A stretch of DNA of 64,000 nucleotides from Octopus vulgaris (Eukaryota), in assembly GCA_951406725.2 (NCBI GenBank), contig OX597820.1, positions 3,410,001 through 3,474,000 of the forward strand, in the 5' to 3' direction. The notes beneath the pieces are model-generated. The model had not been told where the DNA came from. It did no database searches and worked only from the letters and a program-made list of their open reading frames with translations. Positions 40,820 through 53,476 of the stretch are shown here, piece after piece. Positions within the stretch are counted from its first letter, which is position 1; the number at the start of each line of letters is the position of its first letter. The translations under genes were made by a program, and so were the position numbers.

Positions 40820-41900
40820 GAAACATCGGGGCTTACGGCCCTCGACGAATACGTTAAGGAATCCCTCCCCAATTTCTATTTTCTCCTGTAACTGTTCTAA
40901 AATTGACGGTTCTGCTTGTATTTGGAGGTGAACCGTTTGACCGGTCCAATAAGCCTTTTCTGTGATGGTAGCCTGAAGGAGTGTTATATTATCTTCTTTT
41001 TCGCCAGGACTGCCTCCATCAATCACACAGGGTTGACTTGAGGTGAGACCCTAGGTATACGTATCTTTGACGTCTTCATTTCCATGTATATTGGAATTAA
41101 AACAACGTCCTCCGTTTCTAAAGATTTAACTGAGTGCATTTGTGCAGTTTCTATATCTTTTAGTCGTACTTCGATAGTACCAAACTTCTTCCCTCTGGCT
41201 AGGTATGTGATATCCTGCCAGATGGGTTTCAAGCACTTCTCTCTTCGCTCACCTCATCAATTTTTTTTCCTTTTAGACGGTAAGATTTAAAATTAATTGT
41301 TTTTCTTTTTTCTGACATTAATAGTTCTTCCGGGGATTGAACTTTCACAACACCGTCTTCAATTGTTATCACATCTTTGTACTTTATCAGGTCATTTTTC
41401 TTTGTCGACAGCTGGCGGGTTCCACCTCCAGCCGCTGACGCAAAAATTCTGTTTTTTTTTAATTTCTTCTGTTTGAAGGCTTTTCACGTCAATATTCCTC
41501 ATTTCAAAAGTACATATTGGGGAAATTCATTTTCAGAAGAATCCGAAATATCGCTAAATATTAAACTTCCGATCTTTCTTGCCTCCCTGTTGTTGACGAC
41601 TCTTCGCTAGACGAAGTTACACTTTTCGGCATCTTGCCAGCAATTAATGTTACCCTCCACACTCCAACTTTCATTTCTTCTTAGCCCTCACATCACACAG
41701 TTGTTAATGTTTATTTCAGTTGGGTCACGCCCTTCCGATTGCTATAGACTCGTAATGCATCTTACGGCTGTGCCTGTCACCTGCATGGTGAGAAATCCTA
41801 CATTGGGAGTGGTAACGACTGGGGTAGGGTAACTGGCTTTCGTCTTTTGGTTTCCTGTAGATTTGCTCTCTTTTACAAACCCAGTGAACATATATTTCCT
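40820..41900 (-). pseudogene. Degraded L1/Tx1-like ORF1 fragment
   Basis: ...LQEKIEIGEGFLNVFVEGRKPRCFQ resembles the lead-in to an ORF1 zinc knuckle; frames are broken; truncated at (CCCAA)n. Confidence 0.5.
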
Positions 41901-42069
41901 ATTTCAAAGAAATTCAAACAATAGATATAAGACCCAAGTAAAAAAGATTCTCAACAATTCAACTTCTCTGGTTGACATTAAGATGCCCACATCCAACAGG
42001 GGTCTTAACTCTCACATTTCAGAGCTCCATGACCTTCATTTTTCAGGAGCAAAATCTTTTTAACAGCTT

Positions 42070-42294
42070 CAATAAGACTGGAATTTTGGAATATGCGCAT
42101 AAAAATCAGTAGTATGGGATACATGTGGCACAATTACAATTTTTTTAGGGTGTGTAAAGAGGAAAATAACCCTCATCTGCAAATTTTGATGAAATTCTAC
42201 ACATAGATATTCCAGTTCATTAGAGAAAATATAAGAGAAAAGTCTAATTCTTCAAGTGTATGTAACTCGGGCAACGCCGGGTAACTCTGCTAGT
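42070..42294 (+). mobile_element. Non-autonomous Helitron-like 3' end
   Basis: Subterminal GC hairpin CTCGGGCAACGCCGGG followed by CTAG|T. Confidence 0.55.
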
Positions 42295-42360
42295 ACCTTA
42301 TATTACCTAATATATTTACATCCATGCACGTATCTGAACACGCAGATGTATACTTGTATA

Positions 42361-42750
42361 GTGGAGGCGCAATGGCCCAGTGGTTAGGGCAGCGGACTCG
42401 CGGTCATAGGATCGCGGTTTCGATTCCCAGACCGGGCGTTGTGAGTGTTTATTGAGCGAAAACACCTAAAGCTCCACGAGGCTCCGACAGGGGATGGTGG
42501 TGATCCCTGCTGTACTCTTTCACCACAACTTCCTCTCACTCTTATTTCCTGTTTCTGTTGTACCTGTATTTCAAAGGGCCGGCCTTGTCACTCTCTGTGT
42601 CATGCTGAATATCCCCCGAGAACTACGTTAAGGGTGCACGTGTCTGTGGAGTGCTCAGCCACTTACACGTTAATTTCACGAGCAGGCTGTTCTGTTGATT
42701 CGGATCAACCGGAACCCTCGTCGTCGTAACCGACGGAGTGCTTCCATTCC
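42361..42750 (+). mobile_element. Full-length tRNA-derived SINE C with 11-bp TSD
   Basis: A box TGGCCCAGTGG, B box GGTTTCGATTCC; TSD ATACTTGTATA at 42350-42360 and 42751-42761; the same 3' body occurs at 53092-53315 and 58845-59165. Confidence 0.9.
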
Positions 42751-42779
42751 ATACTTGTATACATATAAACATACATATA

Positions 42780-42905
42780 TCTATCTATATATATAAGTGA
42801 GAATGTGTGTCTGTTTGTCTGTGTGAATCCCTAAAACGTGAGAACTACACAACCAATTTCATTCAAATTTTATACATGCCTTACATAGGATCCATGGAGT
42901 ATCAT
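42780..42905 (+). mobile_element. Helitron-like 5' end
   Basis: TCTATATATATAA...GTGTCTGTTTGTCTGT...CCAATTTCATTCAAATTTT pattern typical of non-autonomous Helitron 5' ends. Confidence 0.4.
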
Positions 42906-43714
42906 GAGCTCGCTCTGGGAGCCATTGGGCTCACTGTCCAGGGTTACGACGCCACAGTGAGCGCTATGGCGACCAGGGGTCGGGTCGGGTCGGGTCGGGT
43001 AGAAAGAGTTTCAATTATATATAGAGAGAGAACTATAGCGCGAAGGCAGCTTAAAAAAAAACAACCCTTCCTCAGTTGTTAGCAGTTTTACCTACTCCGC
43101 ATTGAGAGCATTGCAGCAAGATGCGTCTTCGTCAAAGCAATTGCTCCCCCAAAGCAAATTAAATAAAATTTGTGATGCGTGGAACGTCAAAGCTGCTAAC
43201 AAAAACAGGACAGTGAAAACATTCGGTAAGGGCCGTTTAACCTGAACGAGGTGAAGTGGTGAACGCTGGAGAAAAACAGCTTTGTCAAGAGACATACAAG
43301 AATGCGAGAAGAAAAAGAATTACATTTAGAAATAGAGATCTATAATTATTGATGACAGAATTTGAGTTAGAAATAGAGAACTATAAATATTGTATTATGC
43401 ATAAAGTGGTGGCTTACATTCGGGGCTTCCAATTTCTCTAAAGTATAAGATAGTCGCAAAATCATCGCACATGTCACCATCGATTACAAACACCGGTGGA
43501 AGATAAAAGTTCCAGAGGACATTCTTGTTCTTTCGTTTGTACAAGGAACGTATTATGTTTCGGCTTAAAATAAATTATAGATACAAATATAATGTATAGA
43601 AATATATAAAAACCAGAATAGAAAATAAACGTCTTAGGCATATAAAATGAGATAACATGAGATATCAAGGTGTTATAAACTTGAAACCTACTAAAATATC
43701 ATAGATTATATAAA

Positions 43715-46275
43715 TCAAGTCATCCAATCAGTTCTGTCCAATTTTACCTTTTTTTTTTTAGATTTGAATGAAATTTAATAGTATTTTCAAATGTCTAATT
43801 CAATTAAAAATTATTTTTATGCATTTGTGTACGTTTAAACTAATTCAATATTGTTTTACAAAATAATAGGTGTCCACAAAGTCTGCGTACATGGGGATTA
43901 ACACATACTTTTAAAACAAACCAATTTTATTTAATTATAATGTTGATAAATAATATTTTCAAAGTGATTTCCATCATTTTTCAATGCATAACTTGATGCG
44001 CCTTGCAAAATTCAGGTGAACTTGATTAAATAAGTCTACATTGCCATCAATTTCAGCACACTGACTGGTAATGCGTTCTCTCGTGTGTTTTAAATCTGTA
44101 ATCTTTATTGTAATCTTTCTCTTTCAACATACCCCCAGAAAAAGAAATCAAGGGGAGAAAGGTCTGGTGAACGAGGGGACCTTTCCATATGAGCCCTTCT
44201 TCCAATCCAGTGAGGAAAAGTGTCATTAAGCCAATCTCTAACAGTTGTGGCAAAATGGGTAGGGGCCCCATCCTGCTGAAAGCAATTCGGAAGGCCCTCG
44301 CCTAGGCGCTCAATTTGAGATATTAATTTGTCTCTCAATATGTTTACGTAAGTCTCATCCGTTACATGTTCAATGAAGAAGGGTCCTAGGACATGAGCTT
44401 TCCACAAACCACACCATCACCTTTTTGCTGCCTTGATGTTTGGATGGATCCATCCAATGTGGATTACCTCGAGACCAGTATAGAAGATTCTGTCTGTTGA
44501 CCTCACCATTTACATAAAACGTAGCTTTGTCACTGAACAACAAAGTTTTTCGTAAAATTGATATTTTCATCCAATTTATCTGAAAACCATTCGCACGTCT
44601 ACATTCGTCTATCAGGGTCGTCTTCATTTAAGTGATGCAATATCTGTAGGTTGTATCGATGAAACTTTTCCTCAACCAGCATTTTGTGGATGGTTGGTTT
44701 TGGAACACCTTAACACCGTGGATGTCCGATGAAGTGATTTCTTTGGGCTAGCAGAAACTTTAGCCATGACAGCCTCTTTCGTTTCATCTGAAGTCTTTGG
44801 TCGCCCGGAACAGGGTTTATCCAAAACACTGCATGTTTCTTTAAATTTCTCGATCAGTAAAAAAAATAGGTTACCTATAAGGGTGTCGAAGATTAAATTC
44901 TTCCGCAATTTTGCGATAAGACCATCCCTCTCGTCCACTTAATAATACTAACTCGATTCTTTCTTCTTTAGACAGATCCATCATTCGATCTGGGATTCTT
45001 TCTTCTTTAGACAGAGCTATCATTCGATCATCTGTAGAAAAATAACAAATAAATTTAGAAAAGTAAAGTATTTTTTTATTTAATTTAAACAAAAGGAAAA
45101 AAGGAAAATTATTATTTCTTATATTTGTTTATGTTATGATTTTATTCCATGTACCCAGACTTCGTGGACACCCTAAAATTGCTTTGATTAAAACCCTTTC
45201 AACATGGAAGTATCCAAGGAGCATTTAAGGCACATATAATTCTTTATGAGTACAATAAAGGTAACTCTGCAGCCGAAGTGACTCGAAACATATACTCAGT
45301 ATATGGGAAAGTGCTTGAATGAAAGAACTTGCAGGAGATCGTTTGCAAAATTGAAGATGAAGATCGAACAGGACGTCCAGTTGAGTTTGATGATAAGCTC
45401 CTTGAGGCATTACTTGAAGAAAATCTGTCATTATCAGTTGAAGAATTGGCAATAAAGCTTACTTCAAACCATACAACAGTTCATCGTCATCTTCAACAAC
45501 GTAGAAAGATTCCTAAACTTGGAAAATAGGTGCTTCATGTATTGTCCGAAAGCAACCGCAAATCCCGAGTTTGCATCTGCTCTTCTCTCCATTCTCGCAA
45601 ACTCATTTCACCCTTTTTCGATAGACTTGTGACAAAAAATGGATTTTCTATCGAAATGTTAAACGTCGTAAACAGTGGCTTGGTAAAAGGAAAATGCTCA
45701 ACCACAACCGAGAAGGGAACTTCATGGGAAAAAGGTTCTACTCTATCTGGTGCGATTGCAAAGGCGTAATTCACTTCATATTGTTACCACCTAATGCAAC
45801 AATCAATGCTCAAGTCTACTGTCAGCAATTAGAGCGTTTGAACCAAGCTTTGAAGGAAAAAAGAGCCACTTTAGTGAGTCGAAATCGAGTGATGTTTCAT
45901 CAGGACAATGCGCAACCCCACACTGCAAAGATCACATCACAGAAGATCGAAGAGGTCGGTTTGGAAAAATTTCTTCATCCAACTTATTCTCCCGACCTTA
46001 CTCCTTCAGGATACCATTTGTTTCATAGTTTACAGAATTATTAGGGGGACACAACTTTCGCAAGCCAGGAGGAGGTCGAACCTGACATTTCAGAGTTCTT
46101 CGCTTTGAAACCAAAAGAGTTTTACATTGATGGGATTAAAAAGCTTGTAAATAGATGGAAGTAAGTCATAGATAATCAGGGAAAGTACATTGATGATTAA
46201 CTTTCAATTAAATATAACATTTGATCACTTAGATTCTTTATCCAAAATTCGGACAGAACTTATGGGATGACCTGA
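43715..46275 (+). mobile_element. Mariner (DD34D) element, inactive, with a nested insertion
   Basis: TIRs TCAAGTCATCCAATCAGTTCTGTCC / GGACAGAACTTATGGGATGACCTGA; transposase 45203-46200 with FHQDNAQPH and YSPDLTPSGYHLF (third D mutated to G) and frameshifts. Confidence 0.9.
43868..45174 (-). mobile_element. Tc1/mariner-superfamily element of rosa/DD41D type (DD40D here), inactive
   Basis: TIRs AGGTGTCCACAAAGTCTGCGTACATGG / CCATGTACCCAGACTTCGTGGACACCCT; FSDKATF, FQQDGAPTH, WIGR..SPRSPDLSPLDFFFWGY. Confidence 0.88.
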
Positions 46276-46280
46276 GATAT

Positions 46281-46950
46281 ATACACCGGCGAAAATATAT
46301 TTAAGACCGTCGATAAAAGTTCTATTTCTTACAAAATATTTTGTTACTAACACCATACAAATTATTTATATCTTTTACACCTTATGCAAAATTTATTTCT
46401 CTTTCGAATGATGCAAACAATTTTTATACAACTTGAAGAATTCTAATGCTAAATTAATATATATTTCTTTACTGCCCACAAGGGGCTAAACATAGAGGGG
46501 ACAAACAAGGACAGACAAACGGATTAAGTCGATTACATCGACCCCAGTGTGTAGCTGGTACTTAAATTTATCGACCCCGAAAGGATGAAAGGTAAAGTCG
46601 ACCTCGGCGGAATTTGAACTCAGAGCGTAATATAAACGTTTCAAATTTACCGGCAAAATTAGTTTAAGACCATGTAATATGTATGCAATTTTTTTGGCCA
46701 AAATGGATGGTCACACAACGAGCCTAAATGCACCATATAAAGTTATAATTTAATGTTATTATACAATTTATTAATAATGGGAAAACAACGTAGCCTTAGT
46801 CCAGTCACGAGAGCAAAAATCGTATATTACAGCAAAAAGTTTCCTTTTCGAACATCAGCAAGCAACTAAAGTGCAGTAAACCGGCTTGCGTGCAAGCGTG
46901 GAAGTTATACTCGGAGACTGGTCAATATAAAGATCGGCAAAGGACTACTA
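46281..46950 (+). mobile_element. Tc1-like 5' remnant with a SINE A fragment (46463-46628,-)
   Basis: TACACCGGCGAAAATATATTTAAGACC terminus echoed at ~46648; MGKQRSLSPVTRAKI...ISKQLKCS...YSETGQYKDR HTH-like remnant. Confidence 0.5.
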
Positions 46951-47258
46951 ACAGAATATTTTGTAAGAAATAGAACTTGTATCATCGGTCTTAAATTTAT
47001 TTTCGCCAGTGTGTATATTATATATATATAATGTATATAATACGAGAATTTTAATGGAGATAACCTGCAGTATATAGTACAACATTTTTGTCTCCGTATA
47101 TGAGCTAAGTATTAATAAAATGTGGTATACGATAAAAATTTCGGATATTTGTCTTAAAACATTCAGACAAGAAAATTCAGATGTAGCACATGAGGTATTA
47201 TTCCATACGAATATACACATATTTATGTTAAGAGTTTCATGATAAAAATATAGAAATA

Positions 47259-47832
47259 TTGGGTTGTCCGGAAAGTTCGTGCCGATTTATAGTAGCTTAT
47301 CTTTCGACTTATTTTAGAATTTTAGAACATGTTTGAGTCCATAAAATAGGATTTGACTACACCTCCATTTAGAGCACAGTTTAAGCTATTTTTTCGTGGA
47401 AGAAGGCTTATGTTCCTATAACCTGTGTTAATTCTGTAACCCTTTAAAATAAAAGATGAGAAAGTTCATTTTCGGCACTTGATGCTTTGGGAACCAGACA
47501 AAAATTGCTGCAGCTCGGCTGGGATGTGTTACCCCTACCCTCCCTATTCCCCATTTATTGCTCCTTCGGATTTCCACTTATTCAGGTCTCTGCAGAAAAG
47601 TCTTAATGGTAAAAATTTCAATTCCTTAGATGACGTAAAAAAATACCTTGACGAATTCTTTGCCTTGAAACCACCCCAATTCTGGGAAGAGGGTATTTTC
47701 AAGGTAAAGGAAAGATGGAGACGTATTGTGCAACGAAATGGTTCAGATTTGGTTCATTAAAAATGTAATGGCAAGTATTTAGTGACCTTTACTTTCCTTT
47801 AAAAATCGGCATGCACTTTCCGGACAACCCAA
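47259..47832 (+). mobile_element. Internally deleted mariner
   Basis: TA-TTGGGTTGTCCGGAAAG / CTTTCCGGACAACCCAA-TA; N-terminal HFRHLMLWE joined to PPYSPFIAPSDFHLFRSLQ. Confidence 0.9.
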
Positions 47833-48558
47833 TATAAACATAACAATGAAATACGAATATAAACATGAAAAATAAAAACCTAAATTGAAAGAGGCGATTA
47901 AAATTTTTTTCCTAACCTGCAGCCGTTTCAGTAAAGTGGTTGTACGAAGTATTCGAAATTCAGCCCTCCTTCCTCAGGGTTCCTTTCTCGAGGTAAAATC
48001 CAGCAAAGAGCATTAAGGCACTACATGGTGAGTATTCAGTTGGTGAAAGTTCAGTTTTTGAGTTTCGATGACAGATTGTCAAGAGGATTACCACGTTTAA
48101 ATAAGAAATGAAATTCATTGAAAGGTTAACTCTAGTTAATCATGCATATAATAGCCAATAGGAATATTCCACTCTCTACTATAAAAAATTTATTTACAGG
48201 TTTGTGCATAAGTGTTCATTGGATCTAATGATCTAATTGGACCGTATTTTCAAAAAGCTTTTATATTCTAAAAAATTATATTTTAAAGTTTAAGAAAATT
48301 ATAAGACACTAAATATTTATGCTTACAACATACTAAAATGTCTGTAATTTTTTATATAGGGGTGAATAAATGAATTCTTGTGTCCCCTATATCTAATTTT
48401 AAAATTAGTAGTACTCCCTATATAGATTTTCCTAAGTCCGGAGCGTTAAACTAATAAACCTGTTTGCTGTTTACACACCCGTCTTCGTCTTTTGTTCGTT
48501 TCTTTTGCAAATTCCAAATATATATGTATGTATATGCGTGTATGCATATATGTACACA

Positions 48559-48653
<95 letters not shown>

Positions 48654-48724
48654 ATTTCGCAGACAGGAACTGAAACAAATCGATCGTATATATATGTATG
48701 TATATATGTAAGTGTATGTGTTTT

Positions 48725-50066
48725 AGTATTGGCAACATGAATGACAATGGCCAGAGACTACTTGAATTTTGCACATACCATAACCTATGCATCACTAACA
48801 CATTCTTTGCCAACAAGACATCCCACAAGGCATCTTGGAAGTCATCCAAGATCTCACCATTGGCATCAGCTGGATCTCATCATTACATGAAGATCCTTTC
48901 TGAATTCTGTTCAGCTGACTCGTAGTTACCACAGCGCGGATTGTGACACAGATCATTCACTAATAAGAAGCAGGGTGAGGATTCTGCCTAAAAAGTCCAT
49001 CACTCCAAGAAAATGGGCCGACCACGCATTAACACTGCCAGAACCTCCGACCCTGCACTGCGACAATGTTTTGCTGTTTCTATCAAAGTTGCCCTCAATA
49101 GCTGCCCAACCACCTCAGCTGAAAGTAGGTGGAATTATATCAGGGAAGCTTTGTATACCACATCAATAGATACTTTCGGCATGAGAGAAAGGCAAAACCC
49201 AGATTTTGTTCAGTGCTGAGCTCTCAGAGCTGAAAACAGTTATCGAAACAAAGCGTGCAGCTCTGATGTAATACAAGAGTGATTCTTCAATAAAGTCACT
49301 CGAAGAACTCAGAAAGGCAAGAAATTAAACCCAACTGCCTGCCAGACGCTGTGCAAATAGGTATTGGCAGGAAATCTGTCAGAGTATCCAGTCAACTGCT
49401 GACAGTGGTGACACCCGTGGGATGTATGCCGGTTTGAAGAAGGCCCTCGGTCCATCCGCAACCAAGTCAGCCCCTCTGAAATCAACTACTGGGAATCTCA
49501 TCAAGGACCAAAGCAAGCAAATGGATAGATGGGTGGAGTACTACCAGGATCTCTACTCACGAGAGACCACGGTAGCTGAGGCTGCAATCGAGGGTGTCAA
49601 GATCTTGCCAGTCATGTGTGAACTTGACAGTCTGTCATCTATAGCAGAGCTCACCAAGGCTATCGACTCCCTAGGAAGTAACAAGGCTCTGGGAAAAGAC
49701 GGCATTCCCTTAGAGATCATCAGAACCGGCAAAAACACTATCCTGCTTCGGCACCTTTATGAGCTTCTGTGTCAGTGCTGGGAAGAGGGTACAGTCCCTC
49801 AGGATATGCGGGATGCTAACATCATTACGCTTTACAAAAACAAAGGTGACCGTGGTGATTGCAACAATTACCGTGGAATATCTCTTCTAAGCACTGTTGG
49901 AAAGGCCTCTGCTCGCATTATCCTGTCCAGGCTGCAACTGCTTGCTTCTCGAATTTATCCAGAATCGTAGTGTGGCTTTAGAAGAAGCAGATCAACTATT
50001 GACATGATATTCTCCATACGCCAACTTCAGGAGAAGTCCAGAGAGCAGAAAATGCCATTATATATT
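48725..50066 (+). mobile_element. RTE-clade LINE fragment (APE C-terminus to RT N-terminus), degraded
   Basis: GNMNDNGQRLLEFC..HNLCITNTFF; KGDRGDCNNYRGISLLSTVGK; PES*CGFRRSRSTIDMIFSIRQLQEK. Confidence 0.9.
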
Positions 50067-50069
50067 GTA

Positions 50070-50700
50070 GAATTACAATTCTACAAATTACACAGCCCAA
50101 GTGAAATCGAGAGGAAAATCAGAGAAAATAATTTTATTGATAAATTCGAACCCAAGCTAAATAAGCAATAATAATAATACTTAGAGAGCAGGAAAATTAT
50201 CTTATTTAGGGTTAAAAGTTCTATTGCCACCACCATCACCACTAGCAACAATAATTAAGGTGCTGACAATGATGATGATGACAATTGAAATATAAAAATA
50301 TAAAAATCTCTGACAAAGGCTATTTACAACATTTCTAAAAATAGCCCAACAATTGCTGCCTTGGCCAGGGTTAAGATACAGGACTCTTGACATGTCCAAC
50401 AAAGCGTGACGCCTAAACCAATCAGCTCAACCAACCAATCAGCTTAAGTAATTGAGTGATACTACACACTGATTGGTCAGAATAGAGTTTGCAAAACCTA
50501 GCAATCTGGAGCCTACACAGCTGTATTTAAGGCACAGATTCAATCATCTCGCTACAGTCAAAAATTGTGAAGCATGACTGTCACCACTGCTACATGAACA
50601 ATCAGAATGAACATTTAACATTCTATTATTTTATTTTATTTTATTTTATTTTATTATATTATATCATTTATAAGATTGTAAATAAAACGTGAAAATCAGA
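50070..50700 (+). mobile_element. PLE 3' fragment
   Basis: FYKLHSPSEIERKIRENNFIDKFEPKLN* matches the GIY-YIG C-terminus of the 31759 ORF (RINKESNLIQKYRPQLN). Confidence 0.65.
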
Positions 50701-50755
50701 CAAGGTTGGAATTCCTTTTATTAATATATTCTTCTATACACAATCACACACACCC

Positions 50756-50824
<69 letters not shown>

Positions 50825-51097
50825 TCGAGATGCCTTCTTAAAATACCCAACTCTACATGACAGTACGCGATGCGGGGGTCATCGTAACCTAGAAAAAAAT
50901 AGAAATACGAGCTTGTAAACTATTAGTAATGGTGATACAACGGAGATGAGGGTGGCGGGTATCGCAATACGGGTGACGAGTCTAGAGATGCTCTGGTGGC
51001 ATTCTTCAAGCAATTGATAACTTGAGATAACCTGTTCGTACAGTATGATGTTACATGCATTGACAACCAGATATCCTGCCTAATATCGCATACGTAC

Positions 51098-51149
<52 letters not shown>

Positions 51150-51184
51150 AAATATGCATGAATGAATGAACAGATATGTATCTG

Positions 51185-51218
<34 letters not shown>

Positions 51219-51295
51219 ATTATGTCGGTGAACTACGCAAAAACTGCAAGAGCTACTCTCAGAATTATTGCAAACTCTTCTGAATTCATCTCAAT

Positions 51296-51392
51296 ATATA
51301 CATACATACACATACATACATAATATACACACATACATACATGCATGCATACATACATACATACATACATACATACATACATACATACACAC

Positions 51393-51423
<31 letters not shown>

Positions 51424-51580
51424 CATACATACATACATACATACATACATACATACATACATACACACACATACATACATACATACATACACACATACAT
51501 ACATACATACATACATACATACACACACACATACATACATATGCATATATATATGCATACACACACACACACACACACAC
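51296..51580. repeat. (CATA)n microsatellite
   Basis: Direct reading. Confidence 0.95.
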
Positions 51581-51845
51581 GCATATGGTTATAAGTGAGG
51601 GATTATTGATCCGGGCAAAATACTTTATAAGCTCTGTTTGTACAACAAGCTAACGATATTCTTTAGATTAGCAAAGAACTCCGCGCATTTTGGTGGCACC
51701 TTCTGAGGTTATAGTTTATCACTATTCTGTATTCTGGACCCATGCCTGCGCTCCCACAACCGTCGCGACTACAGGAAACAGCTGTAAGACGAGCTAATAC
51801 AACAAAAAATATCTAACGGACCATTATTTATACCTTGTATATATA

Positions 51846-53090
51846 CAGCCTTGGCCAAAAGTATTAGGCCACCCCAATGTTTTGGGGTTCTGCTGTCTCA
51901 ATGTTAATGAAACTCGTGCACATGGTAGATTATGGTATATTTCACAATATACATATCTGGCTGACCCTTCTTTAGCATCAATTACCGCTTTTATACGGCT
52001 AGGCATTGAATCAGCTCGTTTCTTGCAGGTGCTGGGCACAATTTTACTCCATTCTCCTCTCAACATTTGGTACAAATGCTCTTTATTTTCAATTGTTGTG
52101 TTCCCTATAGCTTCACCAAAAGTTCCCCATAGGTGTTCGATTGGATTTAGATCGGGACTTTGAGCTGGCCAGTCCATGGGACCAATACTTTGTGTCTCAA
52201 ACCATCAGGAGTATTCTTTGCTGTATGACATGGAGCATTGTCCTGTTTTTCGACACTCCTGGATGCAATTTAGCAATTGATGGCTCTAAAACATCCGATA
52301 ACATAGAAGCATAGGTAGCTGAATTTATCCTTCCTTGACATAAAAACATTTCTCCGGGTCCTGTAGCAGACATGCAGGCCCACACCATATTAGAACCACC
52401 CCCATGTTTCACGGTTGGCACCAGACATTCAGCCTTAAAGGCTTCCCCGACTCTCAACGCACGAAAATCGCACCAGATGTCCTGAAAACCTGGGTAAAAT
52501 AATATTAGCTTTATGTTGGATACTTTTTTATATATCTGGTGCAACAAACCAGTTACATTAAGTTCATATGTTGATTGAATACATGTACTACCTTACCTCA
52601 TAGTTACTTTCATCAGACCATATGACTTTTGACCATTGCTCACTGGTCCAATTTCAGTGGTTTTTGGCCCACTGAAGACATTTTTCCATATTCGCCTCGG
52701 AAACCCATGGTTTCTGCCTGGCTTTACCGCCTTTCAGACCGTACTCTACAGGCCTTCTTCTCACAGATCTGGTTGATATTTGTGAAGTCCTTGCCTGGTT
52801 GAAGTCCGCACAGAGCTCCAATGATGTTTTTCTTCTGTTTCTGAGCGGCTGATGGATGATGGATCTATCATCACGAGGTGATGTAACCTTTTTTTTCAGC
52901 CTGTTCTTTGTATTGTCCTCAAATCTTTTGTCTCTCTGAAGTGTTTGAGAGTCGTTTGCACGGCACATCGAGGACTTTTCATCTTCTGAGCAATTTGCCT
53001 TTGAGACATTCCATCTTTATCATGATGAGCTTCGACTTGACCTCGCTCTCACTCACTCACCCAACTCCCTTGTTTTAGCAAGACATTTCA
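51846..53090 (-). mobile_element. Tc1 (DD34E-type) element, inactive, with a putative intron
   Basis: TA-CAGCCTTGGCCAAAAGTATT terminus; WSKVIWSDES, TVKHGGGSNMVWACM, QDNAPCH, WPAQSPDLNPIEHLW; the other end is replaced by SINE C. Confidence 0.88.
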
Positions 53091-53324
53091 TTTCACGTTG
53101 CTCCAGTCCACTCAGCTGGCAAAAATGAGTAGTACCTGTATTTTATAGGGGCCAGCCTTGTCGCATTCTGTGTCACACTGAATATCCCTGAGAACTACAT
53201 TAAGGGTACACATGTCTGTGGAGTGCTCAGCCACTTGCACGTTAATTTCACGAGCAAGCGGTTCCGTTGATCGGATCAGCTGGGACCCTCGTCGTTGTAC
53301 CCGACGGGGTGCTCCTTATATATG

Positions 53325-53389
<65 letters not shown>

Positions 53390-53430
53390 ATGTATATATC
53401 GATGTACGTATGTATGAATATGTATATATT

Positions 53431-53476
<46 letters not shown>

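Noticed and set aside
42361-42435. tRNA gene
   Set aside because: A and B boxes are present but there is no proper acceptor stem; it continues into a SINE body with a TSD.
43086-43225. Possible exon 2 (CAG|...|GTAAGG), in frame with the phase-2 donor at 28877
   Set aside because: Weak acceptor with upstream AGs, unrecognisable peptide, position next to Helitron-like sequence; frame compatibility could easily be chance.
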